A stretch of DNA of 64,000 nt from positions 186,001-250,000 of the IMG/VR virus record IMGVR_UViG_3300037010_002844; one strand, given 5' to 3'. The notes beneath the pieces were generated by a model. That model saw nothing but the letters and a program-made list of their open reading frames with translations, was not told where the DNA came from and did not search any database. A program made the position numbers and the translations under genes. Within the stretch, counting starts at the first letter, position 1. Each line of letters begins with the position of its first letter. Shown piece after piece: positions 1-10,235 of the stretch.

Positions 1-1
1 C

Positions 2-1777
2 ACCCTCCACGTCTTCAAAGGCGCTGCCAAACAAGATGGAGGCAGTAGACAGCATGTTGCCTAGGTGAACGTAGCTCAGTTCTTCGACCCCGTCGTCACC
101 GACCATGATGGTCCTAAGGCTCTCGCTCGCCAACAGTTCATAGGCAGGGATAAAGTTGCCATCGTCGCACGGCAGGATCAGCAAGTTCCTAGCACGGACC
201 TTGGGATCATCGTACAGAAAATCGTTGGCGGCTCGAGCCTCTGTGGTGTAGTCAATGACCGACGCCGACAGATCGTGAGCCCGAGGGAAGACGTCGCTCG
301 CAAAGTCACGCAGGTAATTTTCAATGTTGATGTAGTGACCATTGACGCCGAACGACATGGCCACGTTGAACGGTGACTGCGTGGTGCCGTCGACCTCAAA
401 GAAGGGCGTCTGCATGATGCCACCGTGAGTGCCGACGAACTGCCTGAAGGGCGATTCCTGAATGAAGAACGGAGGCAAATAGAAGGCGACCAGGTTCCAG
501 TCGAGCAACTTGGGCCCCTGAGACGCAGAAAACACGATGTCATCGTTGCTCATGTAGAAGCGCTTGAGCGCCACGTCATGAAGTTCAGCATTCAACGGGT
601 GATTGAAGGCTACCGCAGCTGAGATTGGCGCGTCGATTCCAACCGTGCCATTGAGTTGCGTCAGACCCTCACGGAGGGCCGGATCTGCCGCAAAGAACAA
701 TGATTGCTCATTGTTGCCTTTGTTGGTCCCCTCCCAATAGTTGCCAACGCACAGAACCGATGGCATGCCCTGGGCAGGGTCGCCAAACAACAAGGGCGCC
801 ACTGTGCCGCTTGGAATGACGAACAACCCCTTGTCAACGCCGTCAATGTTGAAGCTGCCAGTTCCTTGGTTGATGAGACTCGTGCCCCAGCGAACCACCA
901 CGTGGTGCCAGCGATTCCACTGCAACGAGTTATCGTCAGACAAGAACACAAGATCGTTCGGATAATTTCCTGGCAATGCCTCTGACGGCCGCGTGTCTGC
1001 GCTATGGCTCAACTGGAGCAATAGACGATAGCCAAGAGGCCGACCATTTTGGTCCTTCGCTGAGCCAGTGACCAACGACAAGGCATAGCACGATGAAACG
1101 TGCATGATGGTGCCAGCCTTGAACTGGCCATTGGGCTCCTCTGTCTGGTAACGTGGATTGATGTAGAAATCGAACGAGAATGAACCACTCAATGAGTAAT
1201 TGAGCGCCACGTAACCCTCGTGAGCCTGGTCGCTCATAGAGACATCGTAGTTCGGATACAACAGCACTGAACTCGTCGGAACAGAAGATGCGGTGAAGAA
1301 GTTCAGGGAGTTGTAGTTGGAGTAGGCCCAGTGCGCCGACGGGTACGACGTCCTGTAGTATTTCATCAAGATGTCCTTGACGATCAACTTCCTCGTGGTG
1401 TTTGAGCTGAAGTTGACGGAAGGCGTGAACCTGATGATGTCGAGAATCTTCTGCTTACGCGCTGAGATCGCCTGGCTGTCGACCTTGGACAAGTAGTCAT
1501 CCAGCATCCCAGGAAACTTCTCTGCGATGGTACTGACGTACTTAGCCAGACGCCCCAGCATCGTCAACTGACCGATGGTTGCGTTGAGGTCAGAATCGTC
1601 TTTCGTCGCATCAACGAACCCGGGTAGGGAGGTGACGTCTTTTTCGATCGACGACCGTCGAGCAAAAACGTGAACTGACCCAGTCACGCCCATCGACGAC
1701 GAGGAATATTGCCTAATCGGATTGGCGATGACGCTGAACGACTCTAGGTCGTTCTGGCTAACGGGGGTGAGTGACAT
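2..1777 (-). CDS. LamG/concanavalin-like domain virion structural protein (partial, runs off the window edge)
   Basis: Not in the ORF track. Hand translation from ATG at 1777 (AGGAG upstream): MSLTPVSQNDLESF...FSFDFYINP...WNRWHHVVVRW...FNIDGVDKG...ELHDVAL, a LamG-type pattern. Confidence 0.7.
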   Translation of the reverse strand, partial: MSLTPVSQNDLESFSVIANPIRQYSSSSMGVTGSVHVFARRSSIEKDVTSLPGFVDATKDDSDLNATIGQLTMLGRLAKYVSTIAEKFPGMLDDYLSKVDSQAISARKQKILDIIRFTPSVNFSSNTTRKLIVKDILMKYYRTSYPSAHWAYSNYNSLNFFTASSVPTSSVLLYPNYDVSMSDQAHEGYVALNYSLSGSFSFDFYINPRYQTEEPNGQFKAGTIMHVSSCYALSLVTGSAKDQNGRPLGYRLLLQLSHSADTRPSEALPGNYPNDLVFLSDDNSLQWNRWHHVVVRWGTSLINQGTGSFNIDGVDKGLFVIPSGTVAPLLFGDPAQGMPSVLCVGNYWEGTNKGNNEQSLFFAADPALREGLTQLNGTVGIDAPISAAVAFNHPLNAELHDVALKRFYMSNDDIVFSASQGPKLLDWNLVAFYLPPFFIQESPFRQFVGTHGGIMQTPFFEVDGTTQSPFNVAMSFGVNGHYINIENYLRDFASDVFPRAHDLSASVIDYTTEARAANDFLYDDPKVRARNLLILPCDDGNFIPAYELLASESLRTIMVGDDGVEELSYVHLGNMLSTASILFGSAFEDVEG

Positions 1778-1827
1778 TCCTGCTCCTCATCATAACTATA
1801 CCCCGTTGCATCGGGGGCCTCAGTCCG

Positions 1828-1965
1828 TCAGATGTTGCAGATGACACACTGGTTGGTCACCTGGCCATGTCGTGCCGTGGAACATTTGACTGAACAGAAC
1901 TTCTTGTCCTTCTTGTAAGACTCGAAGGGCTTTAAACACGTTTGGCATGTGTATTGATAACGCAT
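1828..1965 (-). pseudogene. Zn-finger remnant of a homing-endonuclease-type gene (45 aa)
   Basis: MRYQYTCQTCLKPFESYKKDKKFCSVKCSTARHGQVTNQCVICNI*; same CxxC..F..KFC..C pattern as the N-terminus of 44412..45059. Confidence 0.5.
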
Positions 1966-2014
1966 GCCAAATCGTACAACTTTCTGTTTGACTGCTTACC
2001 AGTCGAGAATCATC

Positions 2015-3283
2015 CTAGAAGTCAAGTCTGACACGGAGCGTGAGATCCCTCTCAGGCGACTTCTCCACCGGCCTCGACAGCTTAGCCACCGCCAACAGGT
2101 TATCGTTGGCATCGTAGAGACCAACTGAAGTGATGAAGGTGAACGTCTGCTGCGTGTCTTCCTGACCCGGGTCAATGACGACGATTCGATTGTCAGCGTC
2201 AGTGAACGTCGGGTTGGACGAGTAGTTGAACTCGTCGGCGCCGGCGCGGCAGAAGATCAAAGTGCTGTTGATATTCGTCACGTTTTGGAACGTGATTGCT
2301 GACTGTGAGCCAGAACCAAATCGACACGCGGCGATGTGGTCGACGATGTTATCGATCGACGCAGAGACGACAAAGTCAGGAATGAACTTCTCGGCAAAGT
2401 TGGCCTGCCGGCCCGTCTCGGTGTGCGGGTCACCCAGTGTGATCCTACCCAACGGGTGCATTGCGTCGATGACGCCCGACATGAACTGTGAGCCAGACGT
2501 GATCTTGGCCATGTCAAGGACCATGATGCCACGGTCGTAGAACATCAGGCCGACTGACCGATTGGTGTTTGCAGAATCGACAATATTACCGACCTGACCG
2601 CCAAACGCCGTCAACTTGTTGGTCGACGCACCGATGTCGGTGTAAATCGCTGACCCTGAGGTCGAGGTGACATTGAGATTAGTGACGCCCGGATTATCGC
2701 CGTAGCCATTGAGCTGCGGTGGCACGTCAATGCTGGAGCCATTAGGACCGACCGCGACGAACGAGGCCGACTGATAGAACCGCATCGCCATCGTCTCACG
2801 TTTGATCTGATCGCGTGCAAACAAACGCTTGAAGGCGATGAACAACGCCACGTCCATCGAGTCCGACACGCCAGTCGAATCAAAGGGCGCCTTGAACGTC
2901 TGTGTCGAATCACCCAACAAAGCTTGCGAGAACTGACGATAGACGTCCAACTTTTCACGCATCATCAGTGAAGATGATGGGAACAGTTCCTTACCCGCTG
3001 CGTCGGTGCCCAACTGGCTCGACCGTGCCGTGGTGCCGCCAGGCAAGATTCCCAGCGTCATGTCGAAGATCGGGTTCGCTGTCTGCAGACTGAAGTCCTG
3101 ATCATAGACGGTCTGAAACAGCGAGCTGGTCACGCCAGGACCAATGCCGCCAGTGACGAAGACCTGGTACTTGCGCCGCGAAACTGAACCGCTGATGTCC
3201 TCCTGAAGGACGTCGATGAGCTGGTTCAGAAATGAGCGTGCCGTCTTGATGTCGCTCGGAAGGATTTCCTTGAAAATTGCCAT
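2015..3283 (-). CDS. Putative baseplate/tail structural protein with tail-collar-like C-terminal motif
   Basis: 422 aa; C-terminal ITSVGLYDANDNLLAVAKLSRP...RLDF motif typical of large myophage tail/baseplate proteins; structural operon context. Confidence 0.6.
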   Translation of the reverse strand: MAIFKEILPSDIKTARSFLNQLIDVLQEDISGSVSRRKYQVFVTGGIGPGVTSSLFQTVYDQDFSLQTANPIFDMTLGILPGGTTARSSQLGTDAAGKELFPSSSLMMREKLDVYRQFSQALLGDSTQTFKAPFDSTGVSDSMDVALFIAFKRLFARDQIKRETMAMRFYQSASFVAVGPNGSSIDVPPQLNGYGDNPGVTNLNVTSTSGSAIYTDIGASTNKLTAFGGQVGNIVDSANTNRSVGLMFYDRGIMVLDMAKITSGSQFMSGVIDAMHPLGRITLGDPHTETGRQANFAEKFIPDFVVSASIDNIVDHIAACRFGSGSQSAITFQNVTNINSTLIFCRAGADEFNYSSNPTFTDADNRIVVIDPGQEDTQQTFTFITSVGLYDANDNLLAVAKLSRPVEKSPERDLTLRVRLDF

Positions 3284-3300
3284 GGGTCAGTGGGCTCCGA

Positions 3301-4017
3301 TCACAGATTCTTGTCGATGATGACGGTGATGTCCTTGACGGCACCTGACTGGACGCCTGTGATCTTGATGTAGGTCTTGATCTTCGACTTGTTGGCCGTG
3401 CTGCCGTAGACCGAGAACAAGGCGTCGGTCAGTGACTTGACCGAGAGGGTGAACTGGACGCTCGACCCGCCATATGCGTTCTCAGTCGGTGAACGGGTGA
3501 GGATGTAGGTCGCACGCTGCTGGCCGTCGACATTTTCAGGCGTGTTGCGGAGGACCTGGCAGAAGAGGTTCGGCACCTCAATGATGAACGTTTGGTCGCG
3601 GAGTTCAACGTCGATCGAAGTCTCGTTCTTGATGACCTGTTCCAACGTCATGGTCGACGTCTTCTGCTGATTACGACCCAGGGTCACCACAGCATTCAGA
3701 CCGTCAACGTTAGCATCGCCAGACAGGCTCAACGCAGGCAGCCTCAACAGGTTGGGGTTTGAGACGCTGATCAACTTGAACTTCTGCGAGTGTTGCTGAT
3801 TAGTCAACGCCTCGAAGATCGGCGTGTTCTTCTCGATCTTTTCACGGCCAACGGTACGACCATACTTCGAGATGATCCCATAGTTTACCTCATCGTCACC
3901 AAGAGCAAACTTGTGTAGTGAAAAGCTGCCGTCATTGCGGGCCAGGAACTGGCGCCCTACGTCAGTTAGCACAGCGTCGAGGATGATATTGTTAGTTGAA
4001 TGATCAAGGAACCCCAT
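3301..4017 (-). CDS. Conserved phage structural protein (MGxLD...LTxxGR..LA...FALGDDE family)
   Basis: 238 aa; N-terminal motif shared with the paralog at 12696..13736. Confidence 0.6.
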   Translation of the reverse strand: MGFLDHSTNNIILDAVLTDVGRQFLARNDGSFSLHKFALGDDEVNYGIISKYGRTVGREKIEKNTPIFEALTNQQHSQKFKLISVSNPNLLRLPALSLSGDANVDGLNAVVTLGRNQQKTSTMTLEQVIKNETSIDVELRDQTFIIEVPNLFCQVLRNTPENVDGQQRATYILTRSPTENAYGGSSVQFTLSVKSLTDALFSVYGSTANKSKIKTYIKITGVQSGAVKDITVIIDKNL

Positions 4018-4020
4018 GCG

Positions 4021-4206
4021 TCACCGTGCCTCTTTTTGTTCTTCTGCGTAACGCCAGAAATAGCCAGCGTGTGATTCTCGTATACCTCGGCAACAATCAC
4101 CAGTGCGATCCTTGTGACCGTTAACGGCTTGTGCAGCTTCTTTCATTGAAGCGTAAGTAGTTAGCGCAGTCCCGTTCAGAACATTGCGAACCTCATACAC
4201 GATCAT
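4021..4206 (-). CDS. Mini NUMOD1-domain protein (homing endonuclease remnant)
   Basis: YASMKEAAQAVNG....DCCRGIRESHAGYFWRY is NUMOD1-like; it begins with MIVYEVRNVLNG, resembling a GIY-YIG first strand. Confidence 0.6.
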   Translation of the reverse strand: MIVYEVRNVLNGTALTTYASMKEAAQAVNGHKDRTGDCCRGIRESHAGYFWRYAEEQKEAR

Positions 4207-4293
4207 GGTGATCTAGCCTTTACGTATTGCTCTATGGCGAGAAACTGCCCATCGACATCTGAATCCTACTTTTCACAGTGCGTCCGTAAACGA

Positions 4294-6201
4294 TCATCCC
4301 TTGACTTGCTTAGGCACGTTGAAGACGAACTTGGGGAACGTCAGTTTGGGCTGCGCCGCCCTAACGCGGTCATCGATGGCGACAGTCAGTTTTTGACTCT
4401 TCTGATTGTCAGCATTGATGAATTGAAAGACGTATGATCCATGTGTCTGCTTGGTCGACAAGATCCGATGTGCACGTTCCTGATCATCCTCAAGGATGTA
4501 GTACTCAGGGTTGAAGAACAAACGCAGTGTTTTAGAGTGAGGACCTGAAACACGAGCCACGTTGACAAAGCCTTCTCCTTCCAGATAGAGGTTCGGATAA
4601 GGCTTGGGAGCACCAGCGTGAGAAATCAGCGACTTCACCAACTGGTTTTTGAAGACATCGAACGACAGCTGAAACTGTGCTCCATAGCACGAGGTTAGAC
4701 CGTGAGCGTCAATGCAACAGACGGTGTAGATGTACTTCGAAGACTTAGTGAAGTCATCGTCAACATAGAACCTACACGGTGAAGTCAGGTGTTCAACGAG
4801 GTGTGGCTCAGGTCGCTCGTGATCGTCAGCCCTGACTGCAGAATCATCGAAGTCGTATTCCTTCAACAACTCAAAGGGTTGATCTGTCGTCACACGGCGG
4901 AAAACTTGAAACCTCTTGACGTCACGCTGCGAATTGGGTGGGAATGCCCAGTGCATCATCAACTTCTCGGTCTCATAGTTCCAGACGAAGTTGATGTCAG
5001 ACGGTGGCGGTGGTGCTGTGTCATCAACGATCTTGATGTCAACCTTGTTAGAAGGCTTCGACGACACCAGTACTTGAATCGTGGCAATATCACCCGTATC
5101 ATGATCAATGGCCGGAAGGTGGAACAGCGCAATCGTCCTGATCGTGTACGAGTACTGCTGATTGTACTTGACGGCCACGTCCAGCGCCCTGTGCACCTCG
5201 GGGTGCTCAACGATGATGGGTTGAAGTTGCTTGACTGACCCGTCGTCAGCAATCTCGTACTTGTCAATAATGAAGCCTACCAGTTCAGCGTTCATGCGCT
5301 GCACGTGGTGCGACGTTGGGTCGACACGAAGGTTAACGTACGGGACGATGACCTTGAACTCCTCGTCATTGATCGTCAAGTTAAGGCGCTTCTTGACAGA
5401 GTTGCCGAGCTTGCGACTGACAAAGTGCAACGATCCTGCATCCAATGGGAAAGGTGAGTGTGGGTCCTTGATGACGCGGTTGGTTACGTCATGGAACAAC
5501 TTCGAATTGATCTGCGAGTGCAGGTAGACGTGCTTCAGACGATTGAAGTACTGCCGATAGAGAACCTGAGCACCTGGAATAGTATGCATTGTGACGCCGC
5601 CAGCGGCGTCATAGTGTCGGGCTCCGAACGCACTGTGCGGCTGGATCATGGCCCGTGAGATGAAGTGAGGATTGATCCTGCTGGGCACTTGACGTTGTAG
5701 GGCCAACGAGGCCTTGTGAACGCTGAGGCCAGGGTCCTTCGGCGTCTCGAGAGTCAACTGTTCATAGCTGCCCGAGACAAAGTTGTAGACCTTGTCGTCA
5801 ATCGAACCATCGTGAAACGTGACAGCCAGATAGTTGTATGACGAGAAGTGATCCTCGTCAACGATTTTGTCAAGATTGTCAGCAATCAGCCTGGGCAGCG
5901 TCGGCGGGCGCTGACTGTGTTTTCGGACATCACTCTCGATAAGTTGTCCGCCAGGCGCCTGAAGCCTCGGCTTGTTCCAACTGAATGCCACGTATCGCGG
6001 GACCCGCGTCGTCAAGTATTGTGAATTGAATGCGTCCACGCTGTCATCTGCAATGCGCTGCAATTCAAGCTGTGGAATGCCACTACTCTCCTTGACCTGC
6101 TCGTCAGGAGTGAAGAAATTGTAGTGAAACGTTGCCTTGAAGTTTTTGACCTCAGGAACGTCAACTGTGTAGATTTCCTTTGAAGGCAACGAAACTGACA
6201 T
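4294..6201 (-). CDS. Hypothetical protein with fibronectin-III/Ig-like segments, probably structural
   Basis: 635 aa; beta-rich segments (PPSDINFVWNY..LMMHW, FQVFRR, YIYTVCCID); coupled to the upstream gene. Confidence 0.55.
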   Translation of the reverse strand: MSVSLPSKEIYTVDVPEVKNFKATFHYNFFTPDEQVKESSGIPQLELQRIADDSVDAFNSQYLTTRVPRYVAFSWNKPRLQAPGGQLIESDVRKHSQRPPTLPRLIADNLDKIVDEDHFSSYNYLAVTFHDGSIDDKVYNFVSGSYEQLTLETPKDPGLSVHKASLALQRQVPSRINPHFISRAMIQPHSAFGARHYDAAGGVTMHTIPGAQVLYRQYFNRLKHVYLHSQINSKLFHDVTNRVIKDPHSPFPLDAGSLHFVSRKLGNSVKKRLNLTINDEEFKVIVPYVNLRVDPTSHHVQRMNAELVGFIIDKYEIADDGSVKQLQPIIVEHPEVHRALDVAVKYNQQYSYTIRTIALFHLPAIDHDTGDIATIQVLVSSKPSNKVDIKIVDDTAPPPPSDINFVWNYETEKLMMHWAFPPNSQRDVKRFQVFRRVTTDQPFELLKEYDFDDSAVRADDHERPEPHLVEHLTSPCRFYVDDDFTKSSKYIYTVCCIDAHGLTSCYGAQFQLSFDVFKNQLVKSLISHAGAPKPYPNLYLEGEGFVNVARVSGPHSKTLRLFFNPEYYILEDDQERAHRILSTKQTHGSYVFQFINADNQKSQKLTVAIDDRVRAAQPKLTFPKFVFNVPKQVKG

Positions 6202-9200
6202 CAGGCCTGGTCCTCTCCAACTGTCTCGACAGAGACAATGTACTTCTCGAAGATCAAGTCGCCCTCTGCGTTATCGCGGCGCCGCTGGACATACGTCAGT
6301 TCCGGTCTGAGGCTGGCGTTTCCCAACCTGAGACTAGTCATAGAAGCCGTGGGCTCAATTTCGCCTTGCTTGATCATCAGTTCCAGCGCCTGCTTCCCAT
6401 GGGGTGTGGCCTGCGTCTTTGACACGTCAATCTCGAACGAATAAGGATCGACCAAGAGGTTGAACACTCGATCGAACTGTTTCGGATTGATGATGCGCTG
6501 CGAAATTGCCAGAGGGTCTGCAAGAGGCGTGGTCATCCGCGAAAACTCATTCAGAACACCGAAAGAGTTCACCAGCAGCGGAGCGTCAGACTCCGGCAGG
6601 CCCGCCAGCACCGTGTCTGTCGACGACAACAACGTGTTTTCAGATGACCTCACGTTGGGCGTCAAGTCAGAAAATCCTGACAATGCGACAGTAGTAGACA
6701 GCCCGGCAATTCCCGCAGAATTTGCTAGGTACCTCTGTGTGCCTCCTCCCGCAGCCCGAGACACGAACCCGCCTTTGGCAGAACCCTTCGATGCACCCTG
6801 GGTCGAGCCGAAAAAGATTCCACTGCGGTTGATTCCATCGAGTCCCTGTTGTTTGATCGCTGAAACGTGATTGACGTAGTGGTTGAGCAACAGGTTGACG
6901 AAGTCGGACTCCACCTGCGGCGGTGGATCGACCATGTCGAAGTGATAATCAGCGGTCGAAATGCCAGTCATTGTCCGCAGGTAAACCTCCAACAAATAAC
7001 TGAACACGTGATTGACGTAGAGTTGATCCTTCTCTTGGCGCGTCAAGAAGTCATAGTCTTCGCCGTCCAACGCCTCAACCTCGTTGTCAGAACTACGAAT
7101 GTACTGCACACTGCCGCCCGATGAAAATGCCTGGCTGGCGTCTCGTGTCGGGAATCTTGAGACAATGTCGAACTTGGACACTCCCGGACTGTCTTTGACA
7201 TAGACATCATTCCTGACAGGAAACCGTGACAGCTCAAACATGAACCGCTGCGGTTTATAGACAATGTCGGGATTCTGCATGTCGACCTTGTAGACGGCGA
7301 TATTCACCACGTCGTTCTGGCGGACATCAAACGAGGTCTTCTTCAACTTCTTGATGTCGACCTTCTGCTGCAGGTGTCTGGAGAAGCCTAGTGGGATTCC
7401 GACAGTCAAGATCTTTCTCGAGGCTGCTGATGCCTGCGTGAACTCATCAGTCGACAACATGTCGTCGATCGCCCGTCTGATCTTGGGAGTGATCTCAGCA
7501 TCATCGAGGGCGATCAATTCATCGTCTGAGTCAAATTCACCGTCACCGTTGATGTCGCCAGGTTCGTTGCCCGTCCTCGAGTGACCCGCCAACGCAGACC
7601 TAAGGTCAGCAACGTTACTCGACAGCAACCTGATCTGTTGCTCGCTCAGCAACATATGCAACATGCTGGGGTCACTAAGTAGCCCAGTGACCTTCTGCAA
7701 TTCCGCCAGCGACTCAGGACCGTTCAGATAGTTGATGACATTGTTAACAGAATTAATCAACTTCGTCAAGCTATTCATGACGGTGAAGCTGCACGTCTCT
7801 GACAACATGATCTCGCGACCCAAGCGTTGATCGACCTCCAGGACTGAGTTCGTGTGACTCACGTGACGTGCATCAATGATCAATTGCGTCTGGCCTTGGT
7901 CAATGTGCTGACCCACCACGTGACGATCGCCATAGAGGTCGATGAATGACGTGAAGATGTCAACGATCGACATAAAGATGACGGTATCAGGGTGACCGCC
8001 GTACCTCGTGACCGAACCATTGAAGACTGCATTGTTCCTCTTGAACGTTGCCAACAGGCGACCCATCATCGAGATCACGGCAGCCAAGAAGTGGCCACTG
8101 CCCGTCTTCAACGCAGTCCTGACGGTCTCAATGTTGACAGTACGCTGATCCTTTCCCGACGTGGGCTTGCGGGCGGCGTGGCTCTGATTCGTTGTTCCCA
8201 ACAAGGTCGTAGACGTCTGCTTGGTTGCAGAGATGAGCTGCTTCACGATCAGATCGACCAAGGCATCAGATGTGGGAGTGTTGTCCTGATCAAGCGCCGC
8301 ATCGAAGAACTCTACGTTGTGAAGGTAAGCTTTCGACATCTTGGTGACCACGTAGAGCAACAGCAGTGAACGTAGTCGAGTGTCTGACTGAGCGACTGTA
8401 AACAATGGTAGCAGTGGATCATTTGCGATTTCAGGCGTCAAGCCCACCGCATCCGACGTCATCATCTCAGCGCGAATCTCATCAAACAACGAACGAGGAT
8501 TTGCGATCAGCGACGCAAACTTGCCTGCGCTGTTGGAGTACTGATCGACGTACTCAGACTGCAGTAGATCAAGACCGTCGACGATGACATTGAAGTTCGT
8601 CAGTGCGTTCTGCAGTACATCACGAAACTCAATCAACCTAGTCACATCATAGCGATTCCCATGTGTAAGCAATACAGAATCGACATAGTAGCTGCTGCCC
8701 GGGGTCAACGTGCCGGTGTCACCTTCCACGTACCGCGACTCAAAAGGCAACACCGCCACATTTTGTGCAACTTGTTGCTGCGCAAGAGAGGCTAGCGTCT
8801 TGGACTGAAGTGCCGGAAAGTCTGTGATGTTGCTACCAAACTGTCCGACCACCCGATCGAACATCTGCAGATTGCCTTGCGGGCTGACCTGATAACCGTA
8901 GTAGCTCTGCAATGATTTCTGAACCTCGGGCTTCGACAGACCCAAAGAATACCTGTGCTCCCGCGACAGGGCATTGATCAAGCATGCCAGTTGCATCTCA
9001 CGGTGCTTGAACGACACGCCTTGATAAATTGTGTTGTAGCTCGAAATTAGAGAGTTGACGTACTGCGGGATCTGCGGCGGCTGCATCTGCGTGATTGAGT
9101 CGAGGCTTGGCAGCGTTGGGAGGACCGCGGTGTAGTCGAAGCGCTTGATTGACGGCGTCTGAGTGATAGCAACGGGTGATGAATCATTCCGCTGCGGTGC

Positions 9201-10235
9201 AGGATCGATGTCCAGCATGTTCAAGGAGTGCGTCTGCAGGACGTGCTTGTACTCCAGCATCAACTGCATCCACAGTTTGCTCGAGGTATACGTGTGCTTA
9301 GCGTTTTCCTCAGTGTAGCCGTACAATGTCAGAGCATGAGGCACATCATACTGTGGCGGGAAGTATGTTGTCAGTGCTGGGGTCAAGAAGTTCAATAGGC
9401 TCAAGGCTCGTACTGAACTAAAGGTGCTGAGATGAAGCCTCAACGTCTCGTGTGGATCGACAATGTGAACGTCATCACGGAGATCTAGTTGTTGCTTCAA
9501 CTTCTCTAGCGTCCGCATGACTGTCCAGAGGTACAGAGAAAGCGACTCGAGTTCACTCAAAGCCTGTGACATTGCCGAAGATCGATCAGCGGTCTGCGCA
9601 CGTAGGTACATGTAACGACGCTTGACCTGAGTCAACAAATGTTTGACCTGATGCACGCGGAGGCTACGAACGTCAACTTGCGTATTGAAGAACTCTCCAG
9701 CGTCTGTAGTCTGCGGACGCTGGCCGGCCAACGTGTACCGCAAGATGCTGTTGTTGGCAGTCGAGATCGTCTTTTTGTAAAGCGGCAGGAAGTTCGTCAT
9801 CATGACGACCTCGGGCCGTTCCTGTGAAATGCCTGTCTGCAGCTCGTAAGGCTCGAACTTCTTGGTCGTCACCGCCAGAGCGTCTGACGAGGATGGCAGG
9901 ACCACGGACGGGTCAATATCGATGTGAAAACTTGGGATAAGCTTTGATGCTCCGCCGCCGATGGTGGGCAGAATAAAGTTCTTAGCTGTGATCGAGCTGG
10001 CCAACGATGATAGCGTCGGGTTGACGATTGACTTGAGCGACGTGGTCTGACTCGAGGCCGCGGGCGCAGCAATGACCGCTGAGACGCCGGCAAGAGGAAC
10101 TTGATTCGGAGGCGGCTTCGTGTTGTTGGTCGACGTGCCGCTATTGCTGTTGGCACGAGCGGGCTGAGCGGGCTGAATTTGAACCAATCCCGTCTTGATC
10201 GCCGTGTCATTCGCTACCTTAAAAGTCTTGATCAT
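6201..10235 (-). CDS. Large hypothetical protein
   Basis: 1344 aa intact ORF with ATGA overlap to the upstream gene; no recognisable catalytic motif. Confidence 0.75.
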   Translation of the reverse strand: MIKTFKVANDTAIKTGLVQIQPAQPARANSNSGTSTNNTKPPPNQVPLAGVSAVIAAPAASSQTTSLKSIVNPTLSSLASSITAKNFILPTIGGGASKLIPSFHIDIDPSVVLPSSSDALAVTTKKFEPYELQTGISQERPEVVMMTNFLPLYKKTISTANNSILRYTLAGQRPQTTDAGEFFNTQVDVRSLRVHQVKHLLTQVKRRYMYLRAQTADRSSAMSQALSELESLSLYLWTVMRTLEKLKQQLDLRDDVHIVDPHETLRLHLSTFSSVRALSLLNFLTPALTTYFPPQYDVPHALTLYGYTEENAKHTYTSSKLWMQLMLEYKHVLQTHSLNMLDIDPAPQRNDSSPVAITQTPSIKRFDYTAVLPTLPSLDSITQMQPPQIPQYVNSLISSYNTIYQGVSFKHREMQLACLINALSREHRYSLGLSKPEVQKSLQSYYGYQVSPQGNLQMFDRVVGQFGSNITDFPALQSKTLASLAQQQVAQNVAVLPFESRYVEGDTGTLTPGSSYYVDSVLLTHGNRYDVTRLIEFRDVLQNALTNFNVIVDGLDLLQSEYVDQYSNSAGKFASLIANPRSLFDEIRAEMMTSDAVGLTPEIANDPLLPLFTVAQSDTRLRSLLLLYVVTKMSKAYLHNVEFFDAALDQDNTPTSDALVDLIVKQLISATKQTSTTLLGTTNQSHAARKPTSGKDQRTVNIETVRTALKTGSGHFLAAVISMMGRLLATFKRNNAVFNGSVTRYGGHPDTVIFMSIVDIFTSFIDLYGDRHVVGQHIDQGQTQLIIDARHVSHTNSVLEVDQRLGREIMLSETCSFTVMNSLTKLINSVNNVINYLNGPESLAELQKVTGLLSDPSMLHMLLSEQQIRLLSSNVADLRSALAGHSRTGNEPGDINGDGEFDSDDELIALDDAEITPKIRRAIDDMLSTDEFTQASAASRKILTVGIPLGFSRHLQQKVDIKKLKKTSFDVRQNDVVNIAVYKVDMQNPDIVYKPQRFMFELSRFPVRNDVYVKDSPGVSKFDIVSRFPTRDASQAFSSGGSVQYIRSSDNEVEALDGEDYDFLTRQEKDQLYVNHVFSYLLEVYLRTMTGISTADYHFDMVDPPPQVESDFVNLLLNHYVNHVSAIKQQGLDGINRSGIFFGSTQGASKGSAKGGFVSRAAGGGTQRYLANSAGIAGLSTTVALSGFSDLTPNVRSSENTLLSSTDTVLAGLPESDAPLLVNSFGVLNEFSRMTTPLADPLAISQRIINPKQFDRVFNLLVDPYSFEIDVSKTQATPHGKQALELMIKQGEIEPTASMTSLRLGNASLRPELTYVQRRRDNAEGDLIFEKYIVSVETVGEDQA

